The position numbers and the translations under genes are program-made. From Spirochaetota bacterium (GTDB lineage: Bacteria > Spirochaetota > UBA4802 > JAFGDQ01), in assembly GCA_016934735.1 (NCBI GenBank), contig JAFGSG010000055.1, positions 2,111 through 66,110 on the forward strand: a stretch of DNA of 64,000 nt. The letters run 5' to 3'. Below, one piece after another: positions 60,328-64,000 of the stretch. The notes under the pieces were generated by a model. That model was given only the letters and a program-made list of their open reading frames with translations, ran no database searches and was not told the DNA's origin. The first letter of the stretch is position 1. Each line of letters starts with the position of its first letter.

Positions 60328-61428
60328 ATGACTAATATTAACAAAGAAAGATTGATAAATTATTTTTTAGATCTTGTTAAAATTTCCTCTCCCAGCTGGA
60401 AAGAAGGCAGGGTAGTGGAATACATTGTTAATGTATTGAAAGATATTAAAGCAGATATTATTAAATATAAATGCGGCGAGTCAAACAATCTTCTCGTTCG
60501 TTTGTATGGAAATGTTCCGTGGACTCCGATATTATTTTCTGCGCATACGGATACTGTTACCCCTTGTGAAAATATTAAGCCTGTTGTTACGAAAACAAAA
60601 ATATTATCCGATGGAACAACAATACTTGGCGCGGACGACAAAGCCGCTATAGCGGCTTTTCTTGAAGCCATATCCCAGATAAAAGAAAATAATTTGCAGC
60701 ATGGCCCCATTGAATTTCTATTTACCTGCGCGGAAGAGATAGGTTTATACGGAATAAAAGAATTCGATCTGTCATTGCTTAACGCGAAATATGCATTCGT
60801 TTTTGACGGCGGAGGGGAAATCGGTAAAGTGATACTTAAGGCTCCGTATCAAACAACTTTTAATCTCATTATTAAAGGAAAGGCTGCCCATGCAGGCATT
60901 GCGCCTGAGAAAGGAGTAAGCGCAATCAGAATTGCTTCGGAGATCATTACAAAAATCCCGCACGGAAGGATTGATCATGAAACAACTGTGAATGTCGGAC
61001 TTATCTCCGGCGGCAAAGCAACGAATATTGTGGCAGAGGAGACATCTATTGCGCTTGAAGCGAGATCTATCAGCAGGGAAAAACTTAAGTCAATTGAAAA
61101 GAAGATAGAAAATATTGCAAACAGTATTGTCGATAAGAATAAAGCAAAGATAAAAATATATAAAAAATTAGAGTATTCCGGTTATGCAATTAAAGAAAAC
61201 GACAGGATTGTACGGATTCTTAATGACGCATTAAGAAAAATTCAAATAAAACCGGTTTATGAAAGTTCAGGTGGCGGAAGCGATACAAACGTTATAAACA
61301 GATCCGGAATTAAAGCTGTAAATCTTTCAATTGGGATGAGAGATGTTCATACAAAAAAAGAATATATTAATATTAAAGATTTAGTGAATGGGTCAAAATT
61401 AGTTCTTTCAATAATTGAAAGTGTTTAA
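60328..61428 (+). CDS. M20-family metallopeptidase (tripeptidase/PepT-like)
   Basis: SAHTDTV, GADDKAAIAA, CAEEIG metal-ligand blocks. Confidence 0.75.
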   Translation: MTNINKERLINYFLDLVKISSPSWKEGRVVEYIVNVLKDIKADIIKYKCGESNNLLVRLYGNVPWTPILFSAHTDTVTPCENIKPVVTKTKILSDGTTILGADDKAAIAAFLEAISQIKENNLQHGPIEFLFTCAEEIGLYGIKEFDLSLLNAKYAFVFDGGGEIGKVILKAPYQTTFNLIIKGKAAHAGIAPEKGVSAIRIASEIITKIPHGRIDHETTVNVGLISGGKATNIVAEETSIALEARSISREKLKSIEKKIENIANSIVDKNKAKIKIYKKLEYSGYAIKENDRIVRILNDALRKIQIKPVYESSGGGSDTNVINRSGIKAVNLSIGMRDVHTKKEYINIKDLVNGSKLVLSIIESV

Positions 61429-61444
61429 TTACCTGGCTGTAATT

Positions 61445-61478
61445 CCCCGTTGCTTGCGGCGGGGTTCTTCATTTATTT
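61445..61478 (+). terminator. Hairpin ccccg...cgggg followed by T-rich run; a second hairpin gcctcc...ggaggc lies at 61513-61538
   Basis: Read from sequence downstream of the M20 gene. Confidence 0.45.
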
Positions 61479-61571
61479 TATAAAAAAATTACGAATGACT
61501 TATAAGACAAAGCCTCCGATATAATTTATCAGGAGGCCTTTCTATTGACATATTTTTAAAAAAATAGATTT

Positions 61572-62345
61572 TTATTTTGGAATATATTTACTTGTCATTT
61601 GACTTAATGTATTCACCGTTTCTTTTACAAACGGATCCTCGCTCTGAAGACAGTAAACTCCAAGGTTAATTATCGGACTTATTCTGCTTCTACCCATATA
61701 GTAATATTTTACATCAAACGCCATGTCTGCGCTGCCGTTTTCGCTGTTTACAGAAAAGGAAAAGACCATCATCTCTTTTGTCAATTCATCCAAGTCTATT
61801 TTTTTTATGCGCAGCCCCTGTTTATGTCTAGAAATATTTGAAGGAACGTTAAGCAGTTTTTCGATTTCAGGTATACCCTCTTTATTGGGTGAGATCATAT
61901 AATTTTTACCCCCAAGCGGTATTGTCTCCTGTCTGCCGTTTACAATTATTTCTTTTAATTTTTTAAAATTTTCAGATGTACAGAATTTGTCAGGTTGCCC
62001 TTCGCGATCTATACGGTTCAGATCAATTGACCATTTTGCTGCAATATCTACTATCCCGTCAGCGTTGTTATCCTGAATTAAAATTATCTCCCTTTCGCCT
62101 GTTTTAAACTTGCCTATTATTATATTGCTGGTTTTTTTAATAGATTGAAAAACAGCATAATCGTTAGTTCCTGCCGGTATTGGCAGAAATCTCATATCCT
62201 GCGGTGTGACAATTTCACCGGGTACATAAGTGCCTCTTTCGACACGCGAAATTGTTACCCCCATTTTTTCCAATGACTGCACGTCAAATTGGCTTAAGAA
62301 ACTAAGTGCAAATACATAGATTATAATTTTTAATCCGGCCTTCAT
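61572..62345 (-). CDS. Hypothetical secreted protein
   Basis: Signal peptide MKAGLKIIIYVFALSFLS; no motif recognised. Confidence 0.5.
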   Translation of the reverse strand: MKAGLKIIIYVFALSFLSQFDVQSLEKMGVTISRVERGTYVPGEIVTPQDMRFLPIPAGTNDYAVFQSIKKTSNIIIGKFKTGEREIILIQDNNADGIVDIAAKWSIDLNRIDREGQPDKFCTSENFKKLKEIIVNGRQETIPLGGKNYMISPNKEGIPEIEKLLNVPSNISRHKQGLRIKKIDLDELTKEMMVFSFSVNSENGSADMAFDVKYYYMGRSRISPIINLGVYCLQSEDPFVKETVNTLSQMTSKYIPK

Positions 62346-62437
62346 GTTTTTCCTCCTGAATTTGGGTATTTATATGTATAATTATCGAATAAAAATAGTT
62401 AATTCCATATAATTTAAATAATAATATTTTTAAAATA

Positions 62438-63532
62438 TTATAGTCCTGTTATAAGGTCTAATTTTTTGGCTTTACCTTCGGAGAATACCAGTAATTTATC
62501 ACCTATTACTTCTACCTTGCCGTCATTTTTTATATTCCTTTTCCATAATACAGGCCCATCAATAGATGCGCAGAATACATAATCACCTGAAGCTATGTAA
62601 ATTTTATTGTCTTTTTGAATCGGAGGATTAATGATTTTCCCTTCCCACAACGGTTTTTCATTTTTAATAAAATATATTTCGTATCTGGTTATAAGAAGCC
62701 TGCCCTCTGGAACCGGCTGTTTTTTTTCAAGTATAACGACTTTTTTAATTTCTGCAATTACTTCTTTCGGTTTTTCTTTTACAGTAATCATTTCGTTATT
62801 TTCTTCTGCAAAATCTTCTATTTTAAATTTTTGGATCTCCTTGTTTGCTACTAAAACATCTTCCCTGTTTGTTTCACTTATCACTTTAAGTGTAGCCGCA
62901 TCAATGTCCTTATTTATTTTCTGCTCTTTCTCTATAGCCTGTTCTACTATCTTTTCAGTATGTTTGACCTCCTTTTCTGTGATTATTACTTTTTCCTCGC
63001 TGGCAAGACTTGGCGCGGTTTCCATGATTTTTCCAATAACTGCTTCATCAAGCTGTTTAACACGTTTTACCACTGTGACATTTCCATTGAAAACTTTAAT
63101 ACGTGAGGTTTTTTGAGTATCAGCTTCTACTGTGAATTTTGTTCCGCGCACTCCGGCAACCGCGGTTGGTGTTTTGACCAGGAAGTTTTCGGATTTTGAA
63201 AGTTTTTTGGCTTTACATAACAATTTACCCACATCGAGGTCGACACTTGTTCTTTCAATATCGTCTTTTCTGTACAATTCTGCCATTTTTACGTTGGACT
63301 TTTCTTTAACTCTGATGATTGAACCGCCTATTTTTATATCGCAGGAAGATTGCGCACCTGTTGCAATTATATCATTTTGAAGAATAATATCTCCGATCCC
63401 GATTTCTTTATTGTTCTTTTTTACATCACCGATGAAAAAAATTATTGTTGAATAGTCGTCTTCAGCTTCCTTTATGCATCCGAACGGCGTTATCAGTATA
63501 AGACATAGAACTGAATATAACAGCTTATTCAT
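62438..63532 (-). CDS. Secreted FecR-domain protein (paralog of 24940..26004) with Lys/Glu-rich C-terminal region
   Basis: Signal peptide, GDVKKNNKEIGIGDII...VAGVRGTKFTVEA FecR-like core. Confidence 0.6.
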   Translation of the reverse strand: MNKLLYSVLCLILITPFGCIKEAEDDYSTIIFFIGDVKKNNKEIGIGDIILQNDIIATGAQSSCDIKIGGSIIRVKEKSNVKMAELYRKDDIERTSVDLDVGKLLCKAKKLSKSENFLVKTPTAVAGVRGTKFTVEADTQKTSRIKVFNGNVTVVKRVKQLDEAVIGKIMETAPSLASEEKVIITEKEVKHTEKIVEQAIEKEQKINKDIDAATLKVISETNREDVLVANKEIQKFKIEDFAEENNEMITVKEKPKEVIAEIKKVVILEKKQPVPEGRLLITRYEIYFIKNEKPLWEGKIINPPIQKDNKIYIASGDYVFCASIDGPVLWKRNIKNDGKVEVIGDKLLVFSEGKAKKLDLITGL

Positions 63533-63717
63533 ATTTAACCTCCTGATTGCTACTCATTAAAAAGAATATAAATAGTTTTTAAATATTACAACAATTATTT
63601 AACATATTTAGCAAAAATATGGTTTTTCTTTAATACTAACCAGTCTAATTTTTAAATTAATCAATGAAGGTTGTATAGGCAGATTTTTAGTGAATTACAT
63701 TATTTTTATAAAAATAT

Positions 63718-63753
63718 TTGACAAAGTGTTATTAATAATTGTATAATTATGTG
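63718..63753 (+). promoter_or_regulatory. Near-consensus sigma70 promoter TTGACA-N18-TATAAT, with GGAGG RBS at 63829-63833
   Basis: Hexamers read directly. Confidence 0.5.
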
Positions 63754-63839
63754 ATATGTGTTAAATATGTATATTTGATGGATATTATGGGGGGAATACT
63801 TTAAAGGATTTTCTCCTGAAAACAGATGGAGGCAATTGA

Positions 63840-64000
63840 ATGTTAACAAAGAAAGTAGTAATACTGTTTGTAGTGGTTCTTGCTTGCATTTCTTTATTTT
63901 TATCGAGTGATCTTTATTCAGTAGATAACCCGTATTCGAGTGTTATAGATTATCTGCAAATAGAGGTAAGCTCTCTTACAAGGTACAATGAAGACAGGGT
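63840..64000 (+). CDS. Hypothetical secreted protein, 3'-partial at window end
   Basis: ATG after RBS; hydrophobic signal-like N-terminus VILFVVVLACISLFL. Confidence 0.4.
   Translation, partial: MLTKKVVILFVVVLACISLFLSSDLYSVDNPYSSVIDYLQIEVSSLTRYNEDR

Noticed and set aside
1-64000. CRISPR arrays, tRNA/rRNA genes, transposases/integrases
   Set aside because: No regularly spaced direct repeats with unique spacers, no tRNA T-loop/anticodon-arm signatures and no rRNA-like stretches were seen by eye. No transposase or integrase ORF is recognisable. The two inverted GC-rich elements at 17.2 and 21.4 kb lack any transposase between them.

Overview
AT-rich (about one-third GC) chromosomal window, apparently from an uncultivated anaerobic Gram-negative-type bacterium (kdsB, a GT9 heptosyltransferase and OM beta-barrel proteins are present). 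Gene calls rest on motif recognition by eye; no database search was run. The backbone is a near-complete dcw cell-division/cell-wall cluster at 35.4-49.8 kb (mraZ-rsmH-ftsL-murE-murF-mraY-murD-ftsW-murG-murC-ftsQ-ftsA-ftsZ). It has an MraZ-type operator upstream and lacks ftsI, murB and ddl. Housekeeping genes include ruvB, kdsB, hemA, an AhbD/NirJ-like radical SAM, class II DAHP synthase, an M16C protease and a Uup-like ABC-F ATPase. There is a dense signalling complement: STAS antagonist, PtsN-like EIIA, GAF-GAF-PP2C phosphatase, GAF-GGDEF cyclase, a multi-PAS hybrid histidine kinase and a decayed EAL remnant. The most interesting block is 13.4-19.0 kb. A single-subunit HgdB-like (double-cubane-cluster-protein-like) 2-hydroxyacyl-CoA-dehydratase-family protein sits with its ATP-dependent activase, an MBL-fold hydrolase and an acyl-CoA ligase. 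Two pairs of conserved structured leader elements, apparently undescribed, accompany these genes, one pair having a terminator/antiterminator architecture. Other oddities: an ABC-F gene split by a -1 shift exactly at an A-AAA-AAG slippery heptamer, radC interrupted by a single in-frame TGA, a recurrent G-rich hairpin motif in dcw intergenic spacers, a roughly 95-nt 70%-GC island between convergent genes, and a degenerate intergenic tandem repeat.
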